This document shows positions 21,792-31,370 of a stretch of DNA of 64,000 nt, one piece after another. Position numbers and translations under genes: made by a program. Positions within the stretch are counted from its first letter, which is position 1; every line of letters begins with the position of its first letter. The notes beneath the pieces were generated by a model, which worked only from the letters and a program-made list of their open reading frames with translations, made no database searches and was not told the DNA's origin. The stretch covers positions 224,001 to 288,000 of the forward strand of contig CBDESZ010000004.1 in the NCBI GenBank assembly GCA_965242725.1, given 5' to 3'. This stretch comes from Alkalispirochaeta sp. (GTDB taxonomy: Bacteria > Spirochaetota > Spirochaetia > DSM-27196 > Alkalispirochaetaceae).

Positions 21792-21890
21792 TTACGCCGC
21801 TTTTCGGAATGTCCGATCGGCGTTGACGCGCAACCAGGTAACGGCCACTGCGAGGGCCAGTCCACCAATGGTAAGAACGGCAAGCATCAT
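21792..21890 (-). CDS. 32-aa hydrophobic small protein (not in ORF track)
   Basis: Strong SD AAGGAGG, MMLAVLTIGGLALAVAVTWLRVNADRTFRKAA, own promoter and terminator. Confidence 0.7.
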   Translation of the reverse strand: MMLAVLTIGGLALAVAVTWLRVNADRTFRKAA

Positions 21891-22007
21891 CGCTGTCCTC
21901 CTTAACAGGGTAGTGGGCCAGAAACTTTCCCTTTTCTGTTTTCAAGTGGCAACTTACCATATGACGCTGCCACTTCCCTGTCCGACGTTTTTCGTCGGCA
22001 CATCCGT

Positions 22008-22036
22008 AAGATAAAAAAATACCGAATTAATGTCAA
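22008..22036 (-). promoter_or_regulatory. sigma70-type promoter of the small-protein transcript
   Basis: TTGACA-17-TATCTT, with a second TTGACA at 22043-22048 in an AT-rich context. Confidence 0.65.
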
Positions 22037-22057
22037 TCCATCTGTCAAGAAAAAAGT

Positions 22058-23254
22058 TTAAATATTTTTATCGATTCTTTTCATCGCCTCGACCACTTTT
22101 TCCCTGTCGTTGAATGCACTTATGCGGATATATCCCTCTCCGCCGTCGCCGAAACCGGCGCCCGGTGTGGTGACGACGCCCGTATTGTTCAGGATTTCGT
22201 CAAAGAAATCCCATGAGGGACGTCCGGCGTTGACCCAGATGTACGGCGAATTGTCTCCTCCGACACACTCATAGCCCTTGGCCTGGACTCCCGAGCGAAT
22301 CAGCTTTGCGTTCTCAAGATAGTAATCCGACAGTGCACGGATTTCTTTGGATCCTTCGTCGGAAAATACTGCAGCGGCAGCGCGCTGAACGGGATAGGAC
22401 GCTCCGTTGAACTTCGTGCTGTGTCTTCTGGACCAGAGATCCCTGAGAGAGTACCGCGTGCCACCGCTGTCGGTGGCGACGACCGTTTTGGGAATCACCG
22501 TATAGGCGCAGCGCAACCCGGTAAAGCCCGCGGTCTTGGAGAAGCTGCGAAACTCGACGGCACACGTCTCGGCTCCGGGTATTTCAAAAATACTCCGGGG
22601 AATCCTGTCGTCCCTGATGAATTCGACATAGGCGGCGTCAAAGAGGATGATCGCGTCGTGTTCACGGGCGTACTGAACGTACTGCTCAAGCTGCTCCCGC
22701 GTTGCCGTCGCCCCGGTGGGATTGTTGGGAAAGCAGAGATAGAGAATGTCCGTATGTTCTTCCGGAGGGGGCGGTACGAAACCGTTGTCCGCCGTCCCGT
22801 GCATATAGTGGAGCCTGCTCTTCCTGCCCGCCATGATACTTGTGTCGCGATAGACGGGGTAAACGGGGTCGGGTATTGCGATGACCTGCCCGTCCGCAAA
22901 GAGTTCCTGGAAGTTTCCGGTGTCGCACTTGGAACCGTCACTCACAAAGACGTCGTCGGGAGAGATGTCCACGTCACGGCTTTCATAGTCGTGGTGAACG
23001 ATCGCCTTCCGCAGGAATTCATACCCCTGCTCCGGCCCGTACCCGCGGAAGGTCTCCGCCGCGGACATTTCCTCTGCGGCATCGTGGAGGGCTTTGACGG
23101 CGGAGGGCGGCAACGGTTGGGTCACGTCGCCGATTCCCAGTTTTATGACCGATGTCTCCGGATGGGCGTTCTCCCACGCCTGGACACGTTTTGCGATATC
23201 TACAAAGAGGTAGGACTTGGACAGTTCCGTATAATGTTCATTGATCTTGGGCAT
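22058..23254 (-). CDS. dapL: LL-diaminopimelate aminotransferase
   Basis: SYLF, LGIGDVTQPL, GYGPEQGY, SDGSKCD, CFPNNPTG, FDAAY, SFSKTAGFTGLR (PLP Lys). Confidence 0.95.
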   Translation of the reverse strand: MPKINEHYTELSKSYLFVDIAKRVQAWENAHPETSVIKLGIGDVTQPLPPSAVKALHDAAEEMSAAETFRGYGPEQGYEFLRKAIVHHDYESRDVDISPDDVFVSDGSKCDTGNFQELFADGQVIAIPDPVYPVYRDTSIMAGRKSRLHYMHGTADNGFVPPPPEEHTDILYLCFPNNPTGATATREQLEQYVQYAREHDAIILFDAAYVEFIRDDRIPRSIFEIPGAETCAVEFRSFSKTAGFTGLRCAYTVIPKTVVATDSGGTRYSLRDLWSRRHSTKFNGASYPVQRAAAAVFSDEGSKEIRALSDYYLENAKLIRSGVQAKGYECVGGDNSPYIWVNAGRPSWDFFDEILNNTGVVTTPGAGFGDGGEGYIRISAFNDREKVVEAMKRIDKNI

Positions 23255-23293
23255 ACCTTGTCTCCAAGGAGAACATACGCGATAGTACTCACT

Positions 23294-23761
23294 ATGAAAA
23301 GGGCAGATCTGCTTGCACATTGTCAATCTGAATTGGATCGGGGGGCCGAGCGGGGAGTAGGGCTCCAACTCGTGTGCTCCTACCTCCAGCGGGAAGTCCC
23401 CCATTATGACTGGTTCGGTTTCTATATCGCCGTGCCTGAAGAACGCCTCCTCGTTCTGGGACCGTATGAGGGAGCGCCGACGGATCACCTTCGCATTCCC
23501 TATGGACGGGGTATCTGCGGACAGGCCGCGGAGCGGCTGGAGACATTTCTTGTTGACGACGTGAAGAATCAGAACAACTACCTGTCGTGCAGCATTCACG
23601 TGAAGAGTGAAATCGTCGTACCGGTATTCAGGGACGGTGCGTTTGTCGCGGAAATTGACATCGATTCCCACCGGGTCAACGCATTTGACGACGATGATCG
23701 GGAGTTCCTCGAGGCGTTGGCACCCCTGTGCGCTCCTCATATTCCCGATGTTGAAGGGTAA
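23294..23761 (+). CDS. GAF-domain protein, free methionine-R-sulfoxide reductase-like
   Basis: YDWFGFY, LGPYEG, GRGICG, NYLSCS, SEIVVP, EIDIDS. Confidence 0.85.
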   Translation: MKRADLLAHCQSELDRGAERGVGLQLVCSYLQREVPHYDWFGFYIAVPEERLLVLGPYEGAPTDHLRIPYGRGICGQAAERLETFLVDDVKNQNNYLSCSIHVKSEIVVPVFRDGAFVAEIDIDSHRVNAFDDDDREFLEALAPLCAPHIPDVEG

Positions 23762-23798
23762 GCGATGTTTGGCTATGCTCGTTGAAAGGGGTATCTAC

Positions 23799-24752
23799 AT
23801 GAAACAGACAGCAGGAATACGTTTCGGGTGGACGCGGGGAATGGGTCCGCTGATTGTGCTGACCGTAACGCTCGCGATGGTCATGGCGGCAGGTTCTCTG
23901 TTTGCCCAGGATGGACAGGGGGACATCGAATCCGCACTTGCCCGGATTGACGACATGATCGATGCGGAAGAACCGCAACGGGCGATGTCGGAACTTGAAT
24001 CGATGCAGTCGCAGGCATCAACCCCATCGGTACGGGGTGAAATCCTGTGGCGGATGGCTTCCGCGACGCTCATGCACGGCGATCAGCGAAAGGATGCCGG
24101 TGCAGGAGACAATGAACTCCTTGAAATTTACGCCAGGGGTGAAGAGTACGGAAAGAGGGCGGTGGAAGCCGATCCCGCAAATCCTTTGGGGTACTACTGG
24201 CAGTCCGCCAATATCGGCCGGTGGGGTCAGACCAAGGGTGTATTGAACAGCCTCTTTCGCGCTCCCGACATGCGGGACCTCCTCACCGAAACGATACGTC
24301 GTGACCCGGACCACGCAGAAAGCTACTACGTCCTCGGTCAGCTCTACGCAAAAGTGCCGGGGATGATCTCCTTCGGAAACGTCGAATATGCCGTCTCCCT
24401 TGCCCGCAAGTCGGTGGACCTCATGGAGGCGGAATTGACGTCGGGTGAACGGGAAGAACGAAACGAGGCGTTTTATGTGCAGCTTGCATCCCATCTCGCC
24501 GATCGGGACTGGAACAGGCGGCGGCGCGACCGGGAACGGGACTCGATGAGGGAGAGCTACAACGGCGCAAAGGGCGCTCTGGAAAAGGGTTTCTACTATG
24601 AAGGTATCGCGGATATCCCGGGCCGGGACGACGAGGCGGAGGCACGGGAAATCCTGGAAGAGGTAATTCGCCGTCTGGAACGAACAGCCTCACCGACGCC
24701 CAGCGAACGGCGGCAGTTGACGGAAGCCAGGGAATTGTTGTCGGAACTGTGA
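23799..24752 (+). CDS. Secreted all-helical TPR-like protein
   Basis: Signal peptide (..GSLFA-Q), TPR-like segments (AVEADPANPLGYYW, DPDHAESYYVLGQLY). Confidence 0.75.
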   Translation: MKQTAGIRFGWTRGMGPLIVLTVTLAMVMAAGSLFAQDGQGDIESALARIDDMIDAEEPQRAMSELESMQSQASTPSVRGEILWRMASATLMHGDQRKDAGAGDNELLEIYARGEEYGKRAVEADPANPLGYYWQSANIGRWGQTKGVLNSLFRAPDMRDLLTETIRRDPDHAESYYVLGQLYAKVPGMISFGNVEYAVSLARKSVDLMEAELTSGEREERNEAFYVQLASHLADRDWNRRRRDRERDSMRESYNGAKGALEKGFYYEGIADIPGRDDEAEAREILEEVIRRLERTASPTPSERRQLTEARELLSEL

Positions 24753-24754
24753 CC

Positions 24755-25951
24755 TTATTCCCGGTCTGAAAGGTCGTCCCCACCGTCATCGGTGGGGATG
24801 AAACTCGCCCGGCCGATGGCGGAACGACCAAAACGATTGCGCAGTGCGACGATGGTCGTGTCGATGGGTGGCGCGTCGTGCTCGCCGGTAAAGGGAATGA
24901 GATCGTTCTGGAGATCCTGCCCGTCGGTGATGTCTCCGCTCACACCCACTCCCAGGAGGCGCAGGGGCCGGGACTCCCGGCGGCTCTCCAGCATACCCAT
25001 CGCGATTCGGGTCAGGTCTCCACTGCTTTGAACACGGTGGGACAGCGTCCTGGATACCGTGTGGGTCTCAAAGGAGGGAAGGCGAAACTTTACCTGAATC
25101 GTCCTCCCCCGCCACCCCTCAACGATCGAACGATGGATGACCTCGTCGGCCATGAGAAGCAGGTGGTGTTCCAGAACGTCCGGATCCTGGATGTCTTCCT
25201 CAAAGGTCTCTTCAGCCGAAATACTGTGACGTTCACCCTTTTTCTGGAATATTCCCGGATCCTCTCCCCGGGCGGCGTGGTAGAGATACCGCCCCGCGGC
25301 GTCGCCAAAATGGCCGTTGAGATACTCGATACGTTGGTCCCGCAACTGCCGTACCGTCGTGATGCCGAGACGGTTCAGGCGGGTCAGTGTCTTTTTTCCA
25401 AGTCCCCAGAGGTCCTTGAGGGGGAGGGTGAGAACGAACTCCCCTTCCTCCCCGGGGACGACTTCAAACAGTCCGTCCGGTTTGTCCACATCGCTTGCCA
25501 TTTTTGCAATAAATCGGGACTGCGCGATTCCGACGGAAATTGTCAATCCCGTCCGACTGCGTATCGCCTCTTTGATTGACCGCGCCTGGTCGCGGTAGGG
25601 GCCAAGGAGGCGTTGAGTCCCCGTCATATCCAGAAAGGCCTCGTCTATGGAAATAGCCTGTACCGACGGGGATGTCTCATTGAGGATTCCCATAACGATT
25701 CCGGATACCTCCCGATAGCGATGCATGCGGACGGGGACGACGTGCGCCGAGGGACAGAGCGACAGAGCTTGTCTCATCGGCATGGCACTGTGGACGCCGT
25801 AGGAACGCGCCTCGTAACTGCACGCCGCAACGACGCCCCGTCCGCTCCTGCCCCCGACGACGACCGGCTTTCCCCGCAGTGCAGGGTGGTCGTTCTGTTC
25901 TACCGAGGCGTAAAAGGCATCCATGTCGACGTGAAAAAAACAGGAGCTCAC
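24755..25951 (-). CDS. dinB: DNA polymerase IV (Y-family)
   Basis: HVDMDAFYASVE, CSYEAR, SIDEAFLD, AKMASD..KPDG. GTG start coupled to the upstream stop. Confidence 0.95.
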   Translation of the reverse strand: MSSCFFHVDMDAFYASVEQNDHPALRGKPVVVGGRSGRGVVAACSYEARSYGVHSAMPMRQALSLCPSAHVVPVRMHRYREVSGIVMGILNETSPSVQAISIDEAFLDMTGTQRLLGPYRDQARSIKEAIRSRTGLTISVGIAQSRFIAKMASDVDKPDGLFEVVPGEEGEFVLTLPLKDLWGLGKKTLTRLNRLGITTVRQLRDQRIEYLNGHFGDAAGRYLYHAARGEDPGIFQKKGERHSISAEETFEEDIQDPDVLEHHLLLMADEVIHRSIVEGWRGRTIQVKFRLPSFETHTVSRTLSHRVQSSGDLTRIAMGMLESRRESRPLRLLGVGVSGDITDGQDLQNDLIPFTGEHDAPPIDTTIVALRNRFGRSAIGRASFIPTDDGGDDLSDRE

Positions 25952-27996
25952 GGCAGGACCCCGCGGGAACGGGCGGTCCATTCCCGCGTATAGTCACCGA
26001 GAATGAATGTTTCCGCCGGACCGGTATAGGTGACCAATCCGGGGTCCCCGGGAAATTCAGCACGGAGTACCGCCGTTACCGGCGTATCGGGAGGGACGTT
26101 CCTGAGTGTAATCGTTCCCGACCACCGGGGCGGCGGGAACGGTCCGGGGCTGAAGGTAATCCGTTCCGCTTCTTCTCCGGGTTGTACGTTTGCAGGCAGA
26201 TCGGTGGCGTATAGCTGAACCTCTGAACCGGCGGCGAGCTCCATTTCCACGTACGTTGCCGGTTCAGCGAACTCTATCGAATAGGTGACGGTGCGACGAT
26301 CGAGAGACCGCCCCGGCTCAATGTGAAACTCGAGCGGTGGCGGCGGAGCCTCAACGGGGGAGGTACAGGGTGGACCGGAACATCCGACGGAGGTTTCCTG
26401 CACGCCCGAAAGAAGGACTTCGCCGGCGGGAATCGATCCCGCCATTGTGACGACGCCTCGATAGCCGATGGTCGAGCCGGACTCGTCCCCGACGGGAGTA
26501 TATCGTTCCGTTACCTCGACCGTCGCAATCGATGCCTCGCTTGTCCCGGCAATGACGATGGCGACGGATATTGCGACGGCGACGCCGGCGACCATGCCGA
26601 CGACGGGCAACAGAGAAAACTTACGAATGAGGACGTCGAGGCGAAAAAACATGAGAACCAGAGGGAGCAGGAAGACGGCGGTCACGATCTCCCGCCAGAG
26701 GGGGTGGTGTGAGCAGGTTCCTGACGGTCTGAATATCCGCTACGGCGGCAACGTTTATGAAGAGATAGACGCCGGGTATGACCGCAAGGAGGAGAAAAAA
26801 ACGCCTTGAGATATCCTTTGTGGGAGAGGCTGAAGAGAAACCCGAAAATAAAGGCGAGCACGAAAAACGCCCCGAGAATGAGACTGAATACGGAGGCGAT
26901 AACCCCGCCGATCATCAGCAGGAACAGCGCCGCCCCGCTGTAGACCGTCGATGAACGGCGAAATCTTCCGTGCAGAAAGGGATGCATCAGGGTCAATATG
27001 ACCAGGCCGAGGGATATCTTGGCTACCGCAAGGGGCAGGGCAAACTGTTCCAGGGGAAGCCGATCGTCAAGAATTCGTATGCCCAGGTTTGCGGAAATGA
27101 GGATTCCCACCAGAAGCAGGAGAAATCCGGGGAAGAGAAGAATATTGTGGGCTATTGCCATGGCGTACCGCCTTACCCGACGAGGACGTGCGACGGCAAA
27201 AAGGATGAGCAGGGAGGCGACGGTAATGAGGGTCCAAACGAGCACCCCTTCAGGGTATTACCGGGTTGGCCTGACCAAAGAGGGAAAAAGGCACGATAAG
27301 GTAATTCTGTTCCACCGGGCGGTCCGGCGGGACGGGGAGCGTTTTCAGGGCGTCCGCCAACGCCGAGACGATCGTCGCGGTTTCAGAATCGTCGGTGACG
27401 GAAAGGACCGCCGCACTCTGACCGTTCTGCAGGGCCTGTTGCAGTACGGCGTTGCTTCGGCCAAGTCCAAGGCGTGCGGTGTTTACGAGCGAGGGTGAAT
27501 AGGAAGCTGTTGCAGACCGCGTGATACCCTGGGTCAGCCAGACCGGAGATACCGTACCTTCCACCGACAGCAGCCACCTTGTATCGGTGCCGATAGTCCG
27601 GTATATGATCGCCGTCTGATCGTCGGGATTCGCGATATGCTGGACGACATCCACGACGGCGTTGTCCCTGTTTCGCGGCGCGACAATGATCGTTTCCACG
27701 TTTGTAGGTATCGTACCGATGCGCTCAACGAACGAGCCGGTCAACGTCTCCATGGGGAGGACGAGAATGATTTCCCTGCTCCCGACAGCCCGGATAACAA
27801 CGTCGGGATACCAACTGTGGTCGATGCTGTCAGGAGATTGGGGGAGAATCGTGATATCTTTACCTTGAATGGACCCGTCCGATTGGATCAGTTGGTTGAT
27901 GGGATGAACAAACGGGTGGTCCCTGGCACTAAGGGGCTGTGACAAGAGGATGAGTGCTGTTACACTGTACAAAACTGGAAATAACTTTGCACGCAC
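25948..27996 (-). CDS. Large membrane protein (exported N-domain, multi-TM core, C-terminal beta domain), split into three ORFs by two apparent frameshifts
   Basis: ORFs 27250..28035, 26682..27245 and 25948..26685 join on removing one base at the G3 run 27253-27255 and one at the A run near 26795-26801. Promoter TTGACC-17-TATGCT precedes GTG 27996. Confidence 0.65.
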
Positions 27997-28044
27997 GGTG
28001 CATGTGAGCATATGAATCGATGACCCGCCGGTCAAGGAGATATT

Positions 28045-28566
28045 GTGGTGGAACTACTTCCCGAAATTGTCAATAGAAGAAGTGTGCGTACCTTTTCCAA
28101 TGCTCCTGTGGACCCGCACAAACTTGAACGGGTGGTAGAAGCGGGCAGACGCGCTCCGTCAGCGAAGAACAGGCAGGCTTGGCGGTTCATTGTTGTTCGG
28201 GACGAGCAGACCCGCAAAGAGATCGAGGACGCGTCGTACGGTCAATCCTACGTCGGCGAGGCTTCGGCAATCGTCGCAATCTGCACAACCAATATCGACT
28301 ACAAGATGCCCAACGGGCAGTTGAGTTATCCCCTCGACAGCGGCATCGCTGCAGCCTTTATGATGCTTCAGGCGGAACACGAAGGACTTGGGACGTGTCC
28401 GGTGACGACCTTCCGTGAGGACGAGGTCAAATCTCTGTTGAGCGTGCCCTACAAGATGCGGGTCGTGCTGCTTATCGCCGTCGGTGTTCCCGTTGACGGT
28501 CAGACTCCGTCAGTGCCGAGTGAACGGCTCCCGTGGGACCGCGTCGTCGGTTGGGAACACTGGTAG
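28045..28566 (+). CDS. Nitroreductase family protein
   Basis: RRSVRTF, APSAKNRQAWRF, GLGTC. Confidence 0.92.
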   Translation: MVELLPEIVNRRSVRTFSNAPVDPHKLERVVEAGRRAPSAKNRQAWRFIVVRDEQTRKEIEDASYGQSYVGEASAIVAICTTNIDYKMPNGQLSYPLDSGIAAAFMMLQAEHEGLGTCPVTTFREDEVKSLLSVPYKMRVVLLIAVGVPVDGQTPSVPSERLPWDRVVGWEHW

Positions 28567-29667
28567 TCACCGGGCGGTGAAGTCCCGGACCTTTGTGCTT
28601 CCCGACCGCTCCAGGGCAAGCCGGATCAGCTCCTTCAGGAGTTCGCCGTAGGACATGCCTCCCCCTTCCACCATCTTGGGAAACATGCTGATGGGAGTGA
28701 AGCCGGGAATTGTGTTTATTTCGTTTACATAGACGGAACCGTCGCGGGAGTCGATGAAGCAGTCCACCCTGGCAAATCCGGCGCCGTCGACGGCACGGAA
28801 TGCATCCCGGGAGAGTTGCTCGATCCGTGACGCCTGATCCGGCGTGATATCCGCAGGTACGGAGAGGCGCGCCCCCTGGGGGTCTTCATATTTTGCCTCG
28901 TAATCGTAAAACTCGTGAGTCGGAACCACTTCTCCCGGAGGAAAGGACCTGATCTCCTCGTTTCCCATTACCGATGTCTCTATTTCCCGCACCGTCATCG
29001 CCTGTTCTATGAGAACGACCGGATCTACCGCAAAGGCCCGGGACAATGCGGCGGCGAGGTCTACGGGACGGGTCACCTTTGTCACACCGACGCTCGATCC
29101 GGCGGCATTGGGTTTGACGAATACGGGAAATCCAAAGGCGTCTTCAATGCGTCCGGTCACCTCGGCGGCCTGGGTCGACACGCCGGCGGAGTTTCTTCGG
29201 ACTTCAAGATAGGGTACGATGGGAAGTCCCCACTGGTTCCAGAGTTGTTTGGAACGAATTTTGTCCATTCCCACCGCACTGCCGACGACGCCGCTGCCGA
29301 CGTAGGCGAGATCCGCCATTTCCAGAAGTCCCTGCAGAGTGCCGTCTTCACCAAAGGAACCGTGAAGGACGGGGAAGACGCAGTCGATGGACAAGACACG
29401 CTCCGGCGCGGTGGCCACCGTGATGCCCGCTCCGGGTACGACCAGTACCGCCCGGTCGGTGTGCTCCACGGTGAGCGCCGCCCCCTGTCGCGCCAGCCCG
29501 ATCTGATGCGTTGGATCCTGAGCGAACCAGCGACCCGTCCGGGTAATGCCGATGGGCAGCAGGTCATACTCTTCCATGGTGGACAGCTCTTTCAGTACAC
29601 CTGCGGCGGATACCAGGGAGACTTCGTGCTCGCTGGACCGACCTCCGTACAGTATCGCAACCGTCAT
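28567..29667 (-). CDS. ddl: D-alanine--D-alanine ligase
   Basis: GGRSSEHEVSL, LHGSFGEDG, GSSVG, YDYEAKY, NEINTIPGFT. Confidence 0.96.
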   Translation of the reverse strand: MTVAILYGGRSSEHEVSLVSAAGVLKELSTMEEYDLLPIGITRTGRWFAQDPTHQIGLARQGAALTVEHTDRAVLVVPGAGITVATAPERVLSIDCVFPVLHGSFGEDGTLQGLLEMADLAYVGSGVVGSAVGMDKIRSKQLWNQWGLPIVPYLEVRRNSAGVSTQAAEVTGRIEDAFGFPVFVKPNAAGSSVGVTKVTRPVDLAAALSRAFAVDPVVLIEQAMTVREIETSVMGNEEIRSFPPGEVVPTHEFYDYEAKYEDPQGARLSVPADITPDQASRIEQLSRDAFRAVDGAGFARVDCFIDSRDGSVYVNEINTIPGFTPISMFPKMVEGGGMSYGELLKELIRLALERSGSTKVRDFTAR

Positions 29668-31217
29668 CGTCGTACCTCCGCTTTCCGGTATGGTTCAAGT
29701 TCTTCCGCGACGATTCTGCTTTCGTCCCATTCGAGGGTGTGATCGGCGTAGATAATCGACACTTCGTGTCCTTTTCCGAGGAACAGGATAGTATCGCCTT
29801 TTCGTCCCAGTGAAAGAGCAAAGCGGATCGCCTCCCGGCGGTCTCTGATGATGAAAAGCTCCTCGTCGTACTGTATGCCCGGCCGTGCCGTTTCGCATCC
29901 CCGGGCAATTTCGCGCAGGAGGGCGAGTCCGTCCTCTCCGCGGGGATCTTCATCGGCGAGAATGACGACATCGCAGTGTCGCGCCGCTTCCTCTCCCAAT
30001 AGCGACCGTTTGCCGATATCCCGCTCACCGGCGGAACCGAAGAGGACGATGAGCCGGCCGGGTGTGTAGTCCTTGACCAGGGGCAGAACCTTGGCGTACG
30101 CCCCCGGCGTATGGGCGTAGTCGACTATGGGAACAAAGGGGAGGTCCCGTGCGACGATCTCCATCCGGCCCGGCGGAGACTTGAGGCGAGGCACGAGCTC
30201 GAGAAGATCCAGGGGATTATGGTCAAGCATTTTTGAGACGGTAAGGACTGCGGCAAGCACGTTTTCCACATTGAACGGCCCCGGCAGGGGAATGCGCGTC
30301 TCCCGTGACTCCCCCCGCCAGTGAACGACGCAGGTTGTCCCCGTCATATCCGGGACGATGCCGTCGGCATAGAGATCCGCCGACTCATCCCGCACGGAAT
30401 AGGAGTATACCGGTTGTCGGGTGGCGTGGCTGAAGTAGTATGCGTTGGGATCGTCCGCATTCACCACACCGAAAATCGGATACTCAGGGTCTTTCTTGCG
30501 TGACGCCGTGCGGTCCAGAGCGCGAAAAAGGTTGGCCTTGTCGCTCCGGTACTGTTCAAAATTGCCGTGGAAATCGAAGTGCTCCCGGGTGATGTTTGTA
30601 AAGACCGCCGCGTGGAAATCGATGTCTCTCAGACGGCCCGTTTTTTCACTCAATCCGTGGGAGGTCGCCTCCACTACGGCGAAACGTTTCCCGTGGTCAA
30701 GGACATCTCGAAGAAATCCGTGCAGCTCCGGCGCTTCCGGCGTTGACTGGCGGAAGGGATTCCGTTCCACCTTGAACGCCCGTTTTACCAGCGCCGTCGA
30801 TACAAAACCGGTATCCTGGTCCGCCGCCGAAAAGAGCTGGTCAATGATATAGGTTGTCGTGCTCTTGCCGTCGGTGCCGGTCACGCCGAGTACGGGCAAT
30901 TGACGGGAGGGGTGGCCGTAAAAGCGCGCCGAAACGGTACTCAGGGCGATGCGACTCTTGGCAACCTCGATAAAGACGACGTGGTCCGGCAGATCGTCGG
31001 GAAGGGTTTCACAGATGACGGCGATCGCACCGGACTGTATCGCCTGGGGGATGAATTGATGTCCGTCAACGTGATCACCGGGAACGGCGACAAACAGCGT
31101 CCCCGGACCGACCTGACGGGAGTCATAGCAAATTGACGTTATTTCCGGGTCACCGGCGCCCTTCCGGGAGACAACCGGGAACTTATCTATTAGACGGGAA
31201 AGGGGAGCTGAGATCAT
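29664..31217 (-). CDS. murE: UDP-MurNAc-dipeptide:diamino acid ligase
   Basis: YDSRQV, GVTGTDGKST, EATSHG, VDYAHTP, DEDPR, GKGHE. Start at 31217 inferred from promoter TTGTCC-17-TACCAT. Confidence 0.94.
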   Translation of the reverse strand: MISAPLSRLIDKFPVVSRKGAGDPEITSICYDSRQVGPGTLFVAVPGDHVDGHQFIPQAIQSGAIAVICETLPDDLPDHVVFIEVAKSRIALSTVSARFYGHPSRQLPVLGVTGTDGKSTTTYIIDQLFSAADQDTGFVSTALVKRAFKVERNPFRQSTPEAPELHGFLRDVLDHGKRFAVVEATSHGLSEKTGRLRDIDFHAAVFTNITREHFDFHGNFEQYRSDKANLFRALDRTASRKKDPEYPIFGVVNADDPNAYYFSHATRQPVYSYSVRDESADLYADGIVPDMTGTTCVVHWRGESRETRIPLPGPFNVENVLAAVLTVSKMLDHNPLDLLELVPRLKSPPGRMEIVARDLPFVPIVDYAHTPGAYAKVLPLVKDYTPGRLIVLFGSAGERDIGKRSLLGEEAARHCDVVILADEDPRGEDGLALLREIARGCETARPGIQYDEELFIIRDRREAIRFALSLGRKGDTILFLGKGHEVSIIYADHTLEWDESRIVAEELEPYRKAEVRR

Positions 31218-31311
31218 GGAGCGCATGGTAGCAACTCCGGTGAAGTGGGACAAGCACTCACGGGGCGGAGCTGATAGATCAAATAGTAATGTCGACGTCA
31301 CAAAGGGCATG

Positions 31312-31345
31312 AAAAAGGGCGCCCCGGATCAATCCGGGGCGCCCT
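31312..31345 (-). terminator. Intrinsic terminator after hflC
   Basis: Perfect stem AGGGCGCCCCGGAT / ATCCGGGGCGCCCT with an A-run that gives a U-tract on the minus strand. Confidence 0.85.
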
Positions 31346-31370
31346 GCATACTTCTTTGTGGTTGTTTCTC

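Noticed and set aside
21664..22003. tmRNA, SRP, 6S or RNase P RNA (about 330 nt, structured, ORF ending in AA-stop)
   Set aside because: There is no tRNA-like acceptor or T-arm and no SRP or RNase P signature, and the ORF has its own SD and ATG.
22421..23740. Apparent long mutual overlap or fusion of the dapL and GAF ORFs
   Set aside because: Both are over-extended upstream; true starts at 23254 (-) and 23294 (+) give an ordinary divergent pair.
18386..27255. Programmed frameshifting or phase variation in the GltS-like, K+ channel and membrane-protein genes
   Set aside because: The runs are short (3-7 nt), lack stimulatory elements and match the error pattern seen in essential genes.
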